A stretch of 64,000 nucleotides of DNA, from NCBI RefSeq assembly GCF_009914755.1, contig NC_060934.1. The stretch is one strand, 5' to 3'. The translations under genes and the position numbers were made by a program. The notes under the pieces are model-generated. The model did no database searches, was not told the origin of the DNA, and worked only from the letters and a program-made list of their open reading frames with translations. Numbering within the stretch: the first letter of the stretch is position 1; every line of letters starts with the position of its first letter. Shown piece after piece: positions 1-15,764 of this stretch. Source of the DNA: the human T2T-CHM13v2.0 reference genome, Homo sapiens.

Positions 1-204
1 GCCTCACTCCAGTTTTTAATCAATCTCTCAGCTGTCAGCTACACCGAGTGCCTGAGGGTCTGCTGTGGGCTCTGCCTTTTCTGAGGTTGGGTAGGGGGTG
101 TCCTCCTTGGGTCCAGTTATTCAATCTGACTCAACAAACAAAGCATTTCTTAAAACAAGTCTTCAAACATGCAAACAGTAAAGGAGAAGACTGATTCATT
201 CTAC

Positions 205-1150
205 CAGGTTAAAATTAAGATCATAACATTCATCAAAAGACAGTAAAAAGGAAGTCTCAAACTGGGAGATAATATTCCTTACACCTGTGAGTGACAAAGG
301 GCTAGTATCCAGGATGCATAAAAACTCCTACAAGTCAATTTCAAAAAACAACCCAATACAAAAATGAGGGAGAACAATGGTCAGGCATGTCACAAAAGAG
401 GCCCACAAGAAGGGCAAAGAGACGTTCGCAGAGATGCTCAACCTCAGCTGTGACCAAGAAAACACAAAGTGAGACCATAAGATGAGATTTTGTGCTCACT
501 AGATGGACAAAACTCAGAAATGTGACTATCCCAAGGGTTGGTGAGGAAGTGGGTGAGCACCGGGGATCTTTACACAAAGCTAGAAAGAGGCTTATTCGAC
601 TGTTTTGGAAATTTGGCAATCTCTGAAAAGCTGAAGATACGTGAGCTTTGACACAGCAACCCCACTAGCATAGCCTAGTGCCTGTGCCCAAGCCTGCGTA
701 TATGACAAGGCTGATAGCAGCGCTTTTCGTAACAACCAAAATCGGGAGAGGGAGTTGTCCTTTGACTGAAGAATGGATAAATAAATTGTGGCATAGTCCC
801 GGGTGGAACATTACCTAACATTGCAAAGGAATGAACTACAGGTACACCCAGCAACAAGGATGATGCTTAGAGTTGTAATGTGGAGCAAAAGAAAAAGCAA
901 GTCACAAAAAAATGCCTCCTGTGTGACACTATTGTCATAAAAACCAAGCAAAACTAAACAGACTATTCAGGTAGGGCTCATAGACATGCTATCAACTGCT
1001 TTTTAAAAACAAGGGAATAAATGAGATGCTATTCAGGGTAGGGGCTGCCTGGTCAGGGAAGAGGACAGGATCACCAAGGCTTGTGCAAGTAGATTCACAG
1101 GTGCCAACAATGTTCTACGTCTTAAGCTGGGTGGTGGACTCTCAGTTTCA
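205..1150 (+). mobile_element. Ancient L1M (L1MC/ME-type) 3' fragment
   Basis: Degenerate L1 3' motifs (gacaaagggctagtatccag, gaatggataaataaattgtggcat, gaatgaactacag). Confidence 0.75.
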
Positions 1151-2029
1151 ACAAAATCGCTGAGTAGACACTGAGACTGACTCCCAGGCCTGATGCCTGG
1201 CAACATACCAAGCCCAGGACACAGGGTCACCCTCACGGAGGGTACTGGAAGCCTTAGAAGTAACCTCAGAGAGGCAGAGAACATGGTGGGCCCCAAGGCG
1301 AAAGAAGGGAAATGACAAATGTCTCCTGCCACTCAGATGCCAGGTCTCTCCACAGCCTTTCCCATGTAATCCACACAGGCAATGTGTTAAACAGATACCA
1401 ATCACGTCCAGCGCACAGATGGGCAAACTGAGGCTCTGAAAGACTAAGCTGTTTCTCCAGGAAGTGCCAATGGGAAGGGCTGGGGCTGAGACACCTCCAG
1501 TCCAGGTCCCTCTTTCCACACCATCGACGTGGTGCTGTGGGGATCAGGAGAGGCTTTGATGAGGAGGTGACGTTGGAGACATGTCTGGAAGAATTTGGAG
1601 GAGTCAGTGGCAGAGGAGCCTGGATGGCAGAAGGTGGCCTGTGCCCTGGCAAAGTGTGCAGCAGTATGGCTCGGGGCACAGTGAGTGGGAAGAGGGACAG
1701 AGCCTGACTCATGTGGCCCAGGGTCTGCCCACGATTATTGACTGTCAAGCACTGAATGAATGAGCGTGTGGGTGGACTTGGCTGGAGCACAGGCTGCACA
1801 CGGACAAAGAGCTACAGCCGTCAACTGCAGCAGCTGCAACAGTCCTGACCCACCGTCCCCACCCCAGTCCACTCTCTCCCGCTAGCCAGGGTGAGTTTTG
1901 TAACACATAAACTGGGGCACATTCTTGCCCAGATCCAAATCCTCCAATGTTGTCTGTGATATAGTCTTAAGTGGGGGGAAAAAAGAGCAAGGAACAGAAT
2001 GGTGTGTTAGTATACCACCATTTATGGGT

Positions 2030-2321
<292 letters not shown>

Positions 2322-2459
2322 TAAAATTACATAATTACATCTATTTTTTTCTTATGTATCCAAAAGATCTCACTGGAAGGACACATCAGGACCTGGTTGC
2401 AGTGTTGACCTCTTAGGGAACCAGATGGCTAAGTGGGACAGCCATGACTGGCCATGTGC

Positions 2460-2610
2460 TTGCCAATCCCATTTCCTCTTCCTGGACACACAAAAGTCAC
2501 ATTTCCCAGCTTCCCTTGTGGCTAGGCTGGGGCCTTGTGACTTGCTCTGGCCAATGGGCAGTGGCTGGGGTGATGCATGTCTCTCCAAGGCAGGCCGCTC
2601 TTGACCTAGG
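2460..2610 (+). mobile_element. Old MLT1-type LTR fragment
   Basis: catttcccagcttcccttg...gtgacttgctctggccaatggg resembles old MLT1 5' LTR. Confidence 0.5.
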
Positions 2611-2744
2611 TGGCCCCTTGCCCTGCAAGTGGCAGCGCAGGGTCTTTGAGCACTTTCCAAAGTCCATTGCCTGATTTCTCTGTTCTGCAGAGCATTTTTC
2701 ACATCCTGGTCACTTTCTCGTTTATTGGTTTATCTTCCTATTAG

Positions 2745-2900
2745 CGTGTAAGCTCCACTAGAGCAAGAAGTTCATCTGTCCTGTTCATTTCAGTAAGCCT
2801 AGCACTTAGAGTGGTACCTGGACTCTGTAGGTGCTCAATAAAGGTTTGTTGAGGGAATGAATGAATGAATGAATGGATGAGTGCAGGAATGAGTGAATGC
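2745..2900 (+). mobile_element. L2 3' end
   Basis: gtaagctccac...gtaggtgctcaataaaggtttgttga(atga)n. Confidence 0.8.
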
Positions 2901-4797
2901 CTTTAAGATTGGCTTATGATTGACATTTATGAAGTTGTCTGCCTAGCGTCCCTTTAGCAAGAGTTGCTCCTTCCCGTTCCCTCCACGTGTTGCCCTTGCA
3001 GTTGGGGACTTGTGCTTCCGGCCCCAGCTGACTGGCTGAGGAATGAGTCCCTGGCTGAGCTGGGTCAATGAATCCCTTCCCTGGGATCTTTGGACTAGAT
3101 GGGATAAATAGAAATCAACATAGACAGAGCCTCTCCGTCTGGGGTTGAGCCTGTAACGCTAACCTCGGAGCTGTCAGTCTGGGCTGGAGATGCTGAGGGC
3201 ACGTGTCTACAACAGCAGACAGGGAGGCAGCTGCTCCTAGGCAGGAGCCAACAGGAGAAACCAGAGAGGCCCCAGTCCTGCTGGTTCTAGGCCCTGCTGT
3301 GTTCCTCTTTTCTTGGCATCATGAAGCACCTCAGGCCCTAATAACAAGTTGAGGACCAACAAGAGGCTCTGGAGCTTGGATTCCAGAGGAGACATTTCCC
3401 AGCCTTTGGGAGGGGCGTCCTGGAAACCCTCATCGTGCCCTGCTCTGAGATGGCTTTGGGGCTTGACCCCTGCATGTCCACTCTCAGATTCCTTTCCTCC
3501 CCCTCCCACCCACCGCCACCATCATTCAAATGTCCAAAGCCTCAGGTAGTGGGAAGGAGGAGTATGAATTCTGGAACACAGGCAAGGACTCATGTCTTGT
3601 TCGGGAACGTTCTGGCCACCACAGCCTAGTGCTGCTGTGGAGGAAGGAGGAACGGCCCCGACCCAGGCCTGCCAGTGGACATGGCAGCCCGGGGACAGAG
3701 ATCAAGATGTGGGAGCTGAGGGCAGTCCTGGCCACCAGCAGAGCATGGCATCAGGGCATTGTGACAGAAATGTTCTTGCCTGACCCCAGCCCCAGGACGG
3801 CTGTCCCCCACCCAGATCCCCGCCTGCCTCCCTGGTTCTCCCTCTAAGCCTCCACCTCAATGCAGGGGTCAGCAGGTGCCCACTCATAAAGCCCAGCTCA
3901 CTCCCCAGCCTTGGGGGAACGCACACTCGGGCTCTGCTGCCCACCGCATGCTGCTGTTCATGATCCCTCTCTCTTCCTCTCGGACAGACACACACACACT
4001 ACCCCAAATATCCACCTGCCCTCTGAGCACTGGCATCTGCTGTCACCCCCTCCCTCCCAGGGAATGGTCTCAGCCATCCACCGGTTATCCCAGCCAGAAG
4101 CCAGGCACCCACTTGACTCTGCCTTTCCCCGCTGAGCCCTCCTGCCCCACTGCCCTAATACCGCAAGATTCCTCCTATTTCCCCCCCTCCCCTCACCTTA
4201 GACTGCAGGCCCACCCCATGGCCTACTCAGACTCTGCCTGAGTGGTCTAGCATCCTCCCCTGCTTACATCTCTTTGTGGCCCTGGGAGACATCCCGACTC
4301 CTGCACCCGTCATGAGGCCTTTGCTGATCTAACGCCCACCTGTGCACTGGGAATCTTTGTAGCTTCATGAGGTTCACCTATGAGGTTAGCGCCAGAGAAG
4401 CCCCACGTGGAGCCTCTCGGGTAATTACGCAGGAGATGGAGCGGGTTCTGCAGAAGAGACTCTCAGCAAATCTCAGCAGTGGGGTTGCATGGAAGGCAGG
4501 GCTCCCAGGGGCTGAGACACAGTGGTAAATACTTCTTAAAATAGACTGTTTATGTTATGGATCAAACTGAATTCCTAAGTTTAACTATATTTTTGGTAAT
4601 TTGGTGGGGAAACAGGCTGCGCAGAACAACTCCGCCTTGCCCCTAGCCTGGGCTCAGGACTCTAGGGAGGTCTAGGGAGCAGCTCCAGGGCCTATGGCCC
4701 CTCAGGTAGAGGCACAGGTGCGTGTGTGCACATTTTCCTGAAAAAAAAAGAAAAAAAAGATCTAGTGCTTTTGTCAGAATCTCAAAGGGATCCATGA

Positions 4798-5244
<447 letters not shown>

Positions 5245-5288
5245 TCCTGGGGACATGTTTTAAGTGCCAATGCCCAATCACCTCCCGG

Positions 5289-5323
<35 letters not shown>

Positions 5324-5336
5324 CTCACACACACAC
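5289..5336. repeat. (CA)n microsatellite
   Basis: Direct observation. Confidence 0.95.
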
Positions 5337-6329
5337 GGTCAGATTCTGCTTTAATTGGTCTGGGATACTGTCGTGTTAGCATATTTAGAAAGCTCCCCAG
5401 GTCATTCTGACTGCAGTCAAGATTGAGAACCAGCAACCTGTCAGATCAACCAAGGGCAAAAACGTCCATGGGATCTCATGCATTCTGGGTGGGAGTGCGG
5501 CCTGGTTTAAAAGTCCTTTGCAGAGCAATCCGGAAATACCAAAGCTAGAAGGGCCTCTACCCTCTGACCAGCAATTCCACTCTTAATAATTTAGTCAACA
5601 GCAGCTCTTGCATTGGTGCTTAAAGCTGTGTATAGAGGATATTTACTGCCCACTGCTCCTAATAAGCACAAGATTGGAAAGTGCCCAAATGTCAAATCAA
5701 GCATGTCACATCCACATACTAGAATACTCTCTAGCCAGCAAAAAAAAAAAAAAAAAAAAAAACCACAGGCGCCTTCTGTGAAGTGATGTGGGAGGCTTTC
5801 AGCGTCATTGCTAAATGCAAACGAGAAACTGAGTGGAGGGTGTGGTTTTGAACGTACAGGCGTCTGTATTTTTATATGCATCTAGAATTTCTGGAAGGAT
5901 ATACTTTTCCAAAACCTCTTAACAATTATGGCCTTTGGGGAAGAAGTGGGGCTAGGGTGGGAGGCGGGGAGCTTAGTTTTCACTTGCTTCCCCCTTTTGT
6001 GTTGTTTGAATTGTTATTATTAATATGCACTGCTTTTTCCAAAAACTTCAGAAGGTGAAAAGAAGAGGAAAGAAGGGAAGAGAGTGCCTGGCAGCCGCTT
6101 GGCACAAGGACTAAGAAGTGGAGTGCCTGGTCATGGAGGGGTGCGAGTGAAGCCTCCAAACTGGCTTCAGCGTGGGGGCACCCTAAATCCCCTGGAATCA
6201 GGTCAGACTCTGAAGGTAGGAGTCTGCTTGGTCTATGGTGGAAGTTGGGGACAGTGACTTGGCCTGAGGGTCGGGGATAGGAGGGCTTCCAGGACGGCAG
6301 GGCGGGAGCTCTGCAAGCCAATCCCTCCC

Positions 6330-6620
6330 TCGTGCCACCTCCACGCAACGCCGTTAAATTCAGATGCTACGCTAAAAGCAGAGGAAGGAAAAATATCTGT
6401 GTCACAGCACCAACTGGAAACCAACGCGCGTACATCCTGTCTCTACTCTGGCCGAGCCGACCAAAGCACATCCTGCAAAATTCTAGACCCCCGCAAGCGG
6501 CGGGAGGCGGCCGTGCGCACAACATCCTGCAAACGCCGCCCTCTGGTGGTGGAGCTGGTGAACTGCGCCCAGGTCCATAGGCGGGCCCACGCTTGAGTGT
6601 TCCAAACGGGAGAAGAAAAA
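6330..6620. promoter_or_regulatory. Small CpG-rich element (candidate insulator/enhancer)
   Basis: High CpG density in non-repeat sequence; three ACATCCTG copies; CTCF motif. Confidence 0.6.
6534..6549 (-). promoter_or_regulatory. CTCF motif
   Basis: Minus strand CCACCAGAGGGCGGCG, exact match to core CCASYAGRKGGC. Confidence 0.75.
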
Positions 6621-7166
6621 AGTACCATTTAATACCGAAGCGAAAACAAGTACTCAGTAAGAAAAGCACAGATGCAAACGCAAAATTCATATTTTAAATA
6701 TAGTTCGCAAACTGGTTCCCAACTAACTCTTCTCCCAAAATACAATAGCTTGTTTCTCCCCTTGCAAAATACATATTCTCATTCTAAAAAAACAATAATG
6801 AAAAGCACTAGGAAAAAGAGACACCTACAGTCACCAGGCTGTGATCTGTAGCTCTTGCTAGCATTTTGGTGAGTATCCTTCCAGACTCTATCAACACATA
6901 CACAGAGATACATGCAAATGGATAGCAATGGGACTGTGCAACACACCCAATTTTGTAGCCTGATTTTTTTTCTCTTAATTATATATTGTGGGTATCTGCA
7001 CAATAATACATGCTACATCATCATTTTTAATATTTTCAATTGAAAAAGTTATACGTGTGAAAATATACCCACAGATAAACTCACATAAATGAGAGAAACT
7101 ATCTATTAATAGCAAACTTGCTGAGTCAATTATGATATATCCATCTGGTAGAATTCTACGCAGCTA

Positions 7167-7466
7167 TTTTTTTTTTTTTTTTTTGAGACAGAGTTTTGCT
7201 CTGTCACCCAGGCTGGAGTGCAGTGGCAAGATCTCAGCTCACTGCAACCTCTACCTCCCGGGTTCAAGCAGTTCTCCCTGCCTCGGCCTCCTAGTAGCTG
7301 GGTCTATAGGCACCTGCCACAACGCCCAGCTGATTTTTGTATTTTTAGTGGAGACAAGGTTTCACCATGTTGGCCAGGCTGCTCTCGAACTCCTGACTTC
7401 AGGTGATCCACCCACCTTGGCCTCACAAAGTGCTGGGATTACAGGTGTGAGCCACCGCACCCAGCC
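7167..7466 (-). mobile_element. AluS
   Basis: Full Alu; TSD cta(c/t)gcagctatt. Confidence 0.95.
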
Positions 7467-8393
7467 ACTATGCAGCTATTAATCTAATGCACTGGTGCTG
7501 CAATATGTCAAAGATATATCACATCGCAAAATAAAATTACATTACAAAATAATATGTATAGAAGTATCCTATTTTAGCTTACAAAAATATATTTATATAC
7601 ATATACCATTATATATGTATTGATATATAGACATATATAGATATATATGTATATGCCTGTGTCTGAGAAGAAAATGTTTCTTGAAGGATACTCCAGAAAC
7701 TCTCTTAGGAAATAAGACTGGGAAATGAAGGATGAGTATAAGTTGTAGCTTTTACTTTCTCTCCCCTTATAAGATTTTTTAAAAATATTATCCTCTTGAT
7801 GATAGAATTCTGAATCCTGAATGTGCTATGACTTAGCTGAATAATGCCCTGTTGGTGAACACTCAAGCTGCTTATACTTTTTCTGCCAGGAACAAAGCTA
7901 CAGTGGTACCTTGGATGTAGTCACTGTGCACTTGTCTGATTATTCCTGCTGAGTAAATTCCTAGGCATGGAATTGAGGGTTCGTTTTTAAGGTGCATCAT
8001 CCAGGATATTGACTATCAACACGTCGTAGAGTGAAGCTGACGTGACTGTTCAGTGCCCGTTTGCATTTCTGAAGGGCCTAATGTCTGCTTCTAGGTGAGG
8101 AGGGCATTATCTCTGGCCATGCTTCATATCCCTGGAAGCTCTCTCCAGACTACGGGTCAGGTTCACCGGATGCCCAGACGTCCCTCTTAAGGTCTTGCTT
8201 CCATTTATGGCTGCACCTCCACACTCACTGTCATCCTCACCCACCTCTGTCTATTCCCTCCACAGCAGCCAGTGAGAGCCTTCACCAGACCCTGCCCACG
8301 CTCCATCAGTAGCTTTGCTGCACACTGGAAATCAATCCAAGGTCCTCCCATGGCCCAGGAATCCCTGCATGGTATGGACCCTGATAATCTTTC

Positions 8394-8702
8394 TTTTTTT
8401 TTTTTTTTTTTTTTTTTTTGAGACAGAGTCTCGCTCTGTCGCCCAGGCCGGACTGCAGTGGCGGGATCTCGGCTCACTGCAGGCTCCGCGCCCTGGGGGT
8501 TCACGCCATTCTCCTGCCTCAGCCTCCCAAGTAACTGGGACTACAGGCGCCCGCCACCTCACCCGGCTAATTTTTTGTATTTTTAGTAAAGACGGGGTTT
8601 CACCGTGTTAGCCAGGATGGTCTCTATCTCCTGACCTCGTGATCCGCCTGCCTCAGCCTCCCAAAGTGCTGGGATTACAGGTGTAAGCCACCACGCCCAG
8701 CC
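8394..8702 (-). mobile_element. AluY-family
   Basis: AluY diagnostics (cacgccattctcc, accgtgttagccaggatgg, gacctcgtgatcc); long T tract. Confidence 0.93.
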
Positions 8703-8918
8703 CCCTGATGACCTTTCTAACCTCACGTCTCCCTCCTCTTCCTGCCCTCAGCCCACTCATGCTGCACACTGGCCACCTTGCTGTTCCTGACGCTCCCCGA
8801 ACATCGAGCGCCAGGGCCTTTGCACTTGCTGTTCCCTTTGCCTGGAATACTGATCCTCTACTCACAAGCCTCTTTCCCTGGCTTCATTCACAGCCCAGCT
8901 CAAATATTTCCTCCTTAG

Positions 8919-9312
<394 letters not shown>

Positions 9313-10524
9313 TAGCCCTGGGATTGCATTCTAAATCTACGTGTTTATTTGCCTTTGATATTCTGCTTTCACTGAGTTACAAGCTGCACAGGAGCAGGAG
9401 ACTGTCTGGCTTGTGCTGTGTCCCCAACACCCAGGACAGGCCTGGAATGTGCAGGCCCTCCCTCCACAAGTGTGTGCTGCTTGGATGAAGGAGAAGCTAT
9501 TAACACAAGGATGTCTGAAGCTTGAAGAGCCTAGATAGGCCATTTCTCCCAACTGCTCCCAAAGGAGGTCAGATGTGTTTAAAGCATCTTTTCCATAGAT
9601 GAAGCTTTATCAAGAAAATCTGACAGAACCTTTTCAATGCAACCATTTGGGAGAAAAATTGCAAATAGGTTATTATTCAGGAAAAATACCTTTCCTCCAA
9701 ACCAGAGCAGCACATCCACCCAACATACTGGCTCCTTTAGAGAAAAGCAGAAAGGTTAATATCGCCCCGTCAGAGTAAAGCAGCCAATTAGTGCAATTGC
9801 AATTCAGAAGAAGAATAGAGGTTAATTGCTTGGAGTCCACATGTCTCAAATGCCTAATGCTATATCATTATTTTTTAGCTACATATTATTCATTTCATAC
9901 ACTTAAGAATTCTACCTTATTACTAATTAGTAATTCCTTATCCTTAAATTTTACCCAATTCAAGTTGTCATCATAGGGCCCTCCTCAGCCCCCATTTTCC
10001 CTAAGATGCAACTAAATTGTTAAGAAAAGGTTGGCATCTCCTATTCACTACCTCCCACCTCCAGCCCCTGCCAGCACCCCCGAGTTCACCTCTCCTCTTC
10101 CACGGGCATGTGGTTTCCCTGCCTGCAGAATCTTCCATCTCGGTAAACAGGCTTCACTCCTGCCTTGGGTGTTCTCAAGCATCTACTATGTCCCAGACAA
10201 AGTTCCAAGCTTATCGATTAGCTGGGCAAAAAGATGCCAATTCATCCTGCCCAGGTGTCTCTGTTCTCTTGAAGAGACCCACAGCTTGGCACCTTGGAAA
10301 TGTTAACCCAACAGATCAGAATTTCCTGGGAATGTAATAATGATATCATTAATAATAATAATATAATAATAATGATGGCCATAAATACTTCTTGAACACT
10401 TTCAGGTCTCAGACACCATGCTCATGAACTTTACATGCATGATTTTAATCCATGGGAAGCCACGTACATGCATGTACGTTGATCACGTAAGCAGGTGAGT
10501 GGGACAACCCCAAACCCAGCCCCA

Positions 10525-10584
10525 GTTCAGCATGGGCAACAAGAATGAAACTCGGTCTCAAAAAAAAAAAAAAAAAAAAAAAAA
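10525..10584 (+). mobile_element. Alu 3'-terminal fragment with poly(A)
   Basis: cagcatgggcaacaagaatgaaactcggtctc followed by A25. Confidence 0.8.
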
Positions 10585-10797
10585 TTATCCATCAAGGAAC
10601 AAGAATTGGGAAATGTGAAAGGAAGTTAAGAGACAAAGAGTTCGGAGTGAGAGGTTCTAGAAGGAAATGAAAGTAGATGAAGCAGAGGTAATATAAGAAG
10701 ATATATGGGGGTGAGAACCTTCCAGAACTAATGATAACTATCAACCCCTGGATTCAAAACAAAATAAATCCAAAGCAAGAAAAAATAAAAATAAATC

Positions 10798-11162
10798 AGC
10801 TGGGCGCAGTAGCACATGCCCGTAATCCCAGCACTTTGGGAGGCCGAGGCAGGCAGACTGCTTGAGCTCAGGAGTTCAAGACCAGCCTGGGCAACTTTGC
10901 AAAACCTTGCATCTACAAAAAAAAAAAAAAAAAAAAATTAGCCAGGCATGGTAGTGTGCACCTGTGGTCCCAGCTACTCAGGAGGCTGAGGTGGAAGGAT
11001 CGCTTGAACCCAGGAAGTCAAAGCTACAGTGAGCCAAGATCGTGCCACTAACTGCACTCCAGCCTGGGTGACAGAGTAAGACCCTGTCTCAAAAAAGAAA
11101 AGAAAAGAAAGAAAAAGAAAGAAAGAAAGAAAAAGAAAAGAGAAAAGAAAAGAAAAAGAAAA
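10798..11162 (+). mobile_element. AluJ with (GAAA)n tail
   Basis: J-type features (ggatcgcttgaaccc, agaccctgtctc). Confidence 0.9.
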
Positions 11163-11588
11163 TCTATTCCTGAAACATCATACTGAAACTGATGACTAAA
11201 AAGACAAAGGGAAGATTTTAAATGCACTCAGAAAGAAAATATAGATAACCTCCAACAGAGCAACAGTTTGACAGCTGACTTTTTATTGGCAGGAATGGAA
11301 GTTAGAAGAATGGATGATTCATTTGATGTGCTGTGAGAAAAAATAACTGTCAACCTAGAATTCTATGCCCAGTGAAAATTCATTTCAAGAACAAGGTGAA
11401 ATACAGACATTTTCAAAACAACAAAAACTACGAGAATTCTCCACTAGCAAACTACAATAAAGGAAACTCTAAAGGATGGATCCAAGTTTAAAGATCTAAA
11501 ATGCAAAAGGAATAAAAAACACTAAATAAACATTAACTGCATAAAACAACAATGATAATGCCTTATGGAGTTAAAGAAAAACAAAACA

Positions 11589-11895
11589 GACTGGGCACAG
11601 TGGCTCACGCCTGTAATCCCAACATGTTGGGAGGCTGAGGCAGGTGAATGTCTTGAGCCCAGGAATTTAAGACCAGCCTAGGCAACATGACAAAACCCTG
11701 TCTCTACAAAAGATACAAGAATTAGCCAGGTATAGTGGTATGCACCTGTAGTACCAGCTATTCAGGAAGGTGGGGTGGGAGGACTGCTTGAACCTGGGAG
11801 CTTGAGGTTGCAGTAAGCCACGATCACACCACTGTTCTCTAACCTGGGTGACAGAGCAAGACCCTGTCCCCACTGAAAACAACAAACAAAAAAAA
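11589..11895 (+). mobile_element. AluJ
   Basis: Alu consensus, J-type. Confidence 0.9.
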
Positions 11896-12212
11896 CCCAC
11901 AGAATTAAAAGACATCACAACAACGGCATGCAAATCAAGAGAGGGAGAATGAAATAAAATTGTTCTGAGATCCTTGTACTATATAGAAGGAAGGTAAAAG
12001 CGTTACATTCATATCATAATTTCTAGGACAATCACTAAAATAATGGAAACAGAATATGTAACTTCCAACCTACTTAGAGGGGGAATATAAAATGAGAAAA
12101 AAAATCGAAAATATAATAAGAAAAGGAGAGAAAAAGAAAAACAGAAAGCATAAAATGAGATGGCACATAAAGTCCTAACATATCAATAATTACAATAAAC
12201 ATAAAGGGACCA

Positions 12213-12583
<371 letters not shown>

Positions 12584-12790
12584 TTATTTTAAATCCAACT
12601 TTTTGCTATTAACAAGAATCCCAACAAAAACTTAAGGACATAGAAAGGTTGGAAGTAAGAGTGGGAAAAGGGCTACAAGGCAAGCAAGCAGAATATTAAC
12701 AAACATGACTATATATTGGACCATAAAGCAACTCCCAACAAATTTCAAAGGACTGAACACATGCAGATCACATTCTTTGATCACAATTCA

Positions 12791-13212
<422 letters not shown>

Positions 13213-13682
13213 TTAAAAAATAATTAGAATTGATCAAAAAAGAAAATATACTATATCAAAACTTATAAGATGTAACTTGAGCAGTAGAGACAAACTTATA
13301 GCCTTAATTGTGAATATATTTTAAAAATAAAAATAGAAAGGCTGAAGATTAATGAGGTAAGTATTCATCTTAGAAGGGGGATAAATAAAAGCAAAATAAA
13401 CCCAAACATTCTGTAACCAGGTCTCTACAGAGCTCAGTTCACCTTCATACCCCCAAATGCAACATGGCCTTCTTCCACCCTGCAAGGAGAGGTCCCTTCC
13501 ATTCCCAAGGCAATATTTCTCCAAACATGCTAGGCTGTCTTCCAGTAGTACAGAGGATGATTTTCAGTGTACTTGGGCACATATTTATTTTACTAGATTT
13601 TAAATAATAGCTTTTTCCTACATTTGACAGGTAATGTAGTTTTACATTTATAGTAGTAAAATAAAATTTCCTTTTAAAATTA

Positions 13683-13997
<315 letters not shown>

Positions 13998-14157
13998 TTA
14001 TAGTAAATAAAATTACTTGGTAAGAGGATGAAATTCAAAGGAAAATATTAAATAAGTATATCATATATTATTATTTATAAATTATTATATACATAAATTC
14101 TCATTTCCAAAATGGAAATAATATTTCCTGCTTCATAGCATTGCTATGAAAATTAAA

Positions 14158-14472
14158 GGCCGGGCGCGGTGGCTCATGCCTGTAATCCTAGCACTTTGGG
14201 AGGCCGAGGCGGGTGGATCACAAGGTCAGGAGATCGAGATCATCCGGGCTAACATGGTGAAACCTCGCCTCTACTAAAAATACAAAAAAAATTAGCCGGG
14301 CGTGGTGGTGGGTGCCTGTAGTCCCAGCTACTCAGGAGGCTGAGGCAGGAGAATGACATGAACCCAGGAGGCGGAGCTTACAGTGAGCCAAGATCCCGCC
14401 ACTGCACTCCAGCCTGGGTGACTGAGCGAGACTCCATCAAAAAAAAAAAAAAAAAAAAAAAGAAAGAAAGAA
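14158..14472 (+). mobile_element. AluY inserted in a MIR
   Basis: AluY-type; TSD gaaaattaaa; MIR-like sequence on both flanks. Confidence 0.93.
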
Positions 14473-15404
14473 GAAAATTAAATAAGTTATACACAATATA
14501 AAATAATACTTCATGAATATATTACTTGTATAGCATCTGGTACTTACCAAGAACTCAGTTCACGTTAGCTGTTATAATAATAATAATAGTTGAATGATTA
14601 AAATTTGGGAAACACTAATCCAAGACTCCAAAAATGAACTCTAGACCAGTGACAATCCCTGCAGGCAAGAGGAAAGTAAAGACAACGGGTCTTCGGGTCT
14701 TTGCAGCTCCCCTCTCCCTTTCCACAGCCTTCCTGTCCTGCCCTGTGGGTCTTGCTGCTCTGGGTCTCTGGACCCCACGCTGTCCCTGCCCCAGGCCTGC
14801 TCCTGCCTCCCCATCCCCACTCAAACTACAAAATGCAAACTCCTCCAGACCATGGAGCAGAGTGCAGGGCTGATGAGGTTAGAAAGTTGTCCCTTCTCCA
14901 AAAGTTTCGTTTAAGACAGCAAAAGCGTTTAACACTGAAAGGGAAACCCCCAGCTGTAGCCGCTGCAGCATCCTAGCTGAGCCCCGGGGCAGAGATTTGA
15001 GAGCAAAGCTCTGGGTGCCTCCCAGAGCCTGAGCCCCTCTGCCCAGCCCCACCCTTGGATGGGGAACATGGTTCTGAAGCAACCCAAGGACAGCCCCAGG
15101 CTGAGGGTGACTGACCTTTCTGATTTGACAAGAGTGATATCTTCAGGTTCTTCACATCAGAAAAATTTGCAATCTGTCATTTCCAAACCCTCACTATATC
15201 ATTTTTCCGCCCACTTCAAAGATGTATAGCAGGGTTACTTGGGGCCCCCTCCATTGCAACGTTTTTATTTTCCCTGCATGATTATTGCTGCCCCCGGGAA
15301 CTCTTCTTGAGGTCCTCCAAAGGAATCCCACAGAAGTGAACCCCACCAGGATGTGATGCATTTCCCATCCGCAGGAGCTGGCTGAGAGCACGCACTTGCT
15401 GCAG

Positions 15405-15418
15405 CCACCAGGGGGAGC
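15405..15418 (+). promoter_or_regulatory. CTCF motif
   Basis: CCACCAGGGGGAGC, one mismatch from core consensus. Confidence 0.65.
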
Positions 15419-15764
15419 TACAGGTTTCTCTTTGGAGCCCCAGAACTCAGTGGCCTGAGTTCCTTGTCATTTGCTAAACAGAGGGGCTCCTGAGACACTA
15501 ATAGATATGGGACATATCTGTGTAGATCCTATGTACTTCATTGGCTGGTGCACGGGGCTGACAGGCTGCCACTGAAGGCTGCTTCCTCATTTGAGACTCT
15601 TAGGTTGTGGGTCATCGTCCTTGACCCCAGGGGGCTTACAGTCTGACTAGGGGGTGGCAGAAGGACCTGTGGACCAGCAGTCAGATGCTTGGGTTCCTTA
15701 CAATTGTTTGTCAAATGTGTGCTCCCGCTTACTCCAGGAGCCTCACAGGGCTGTTCGTGTGGAT

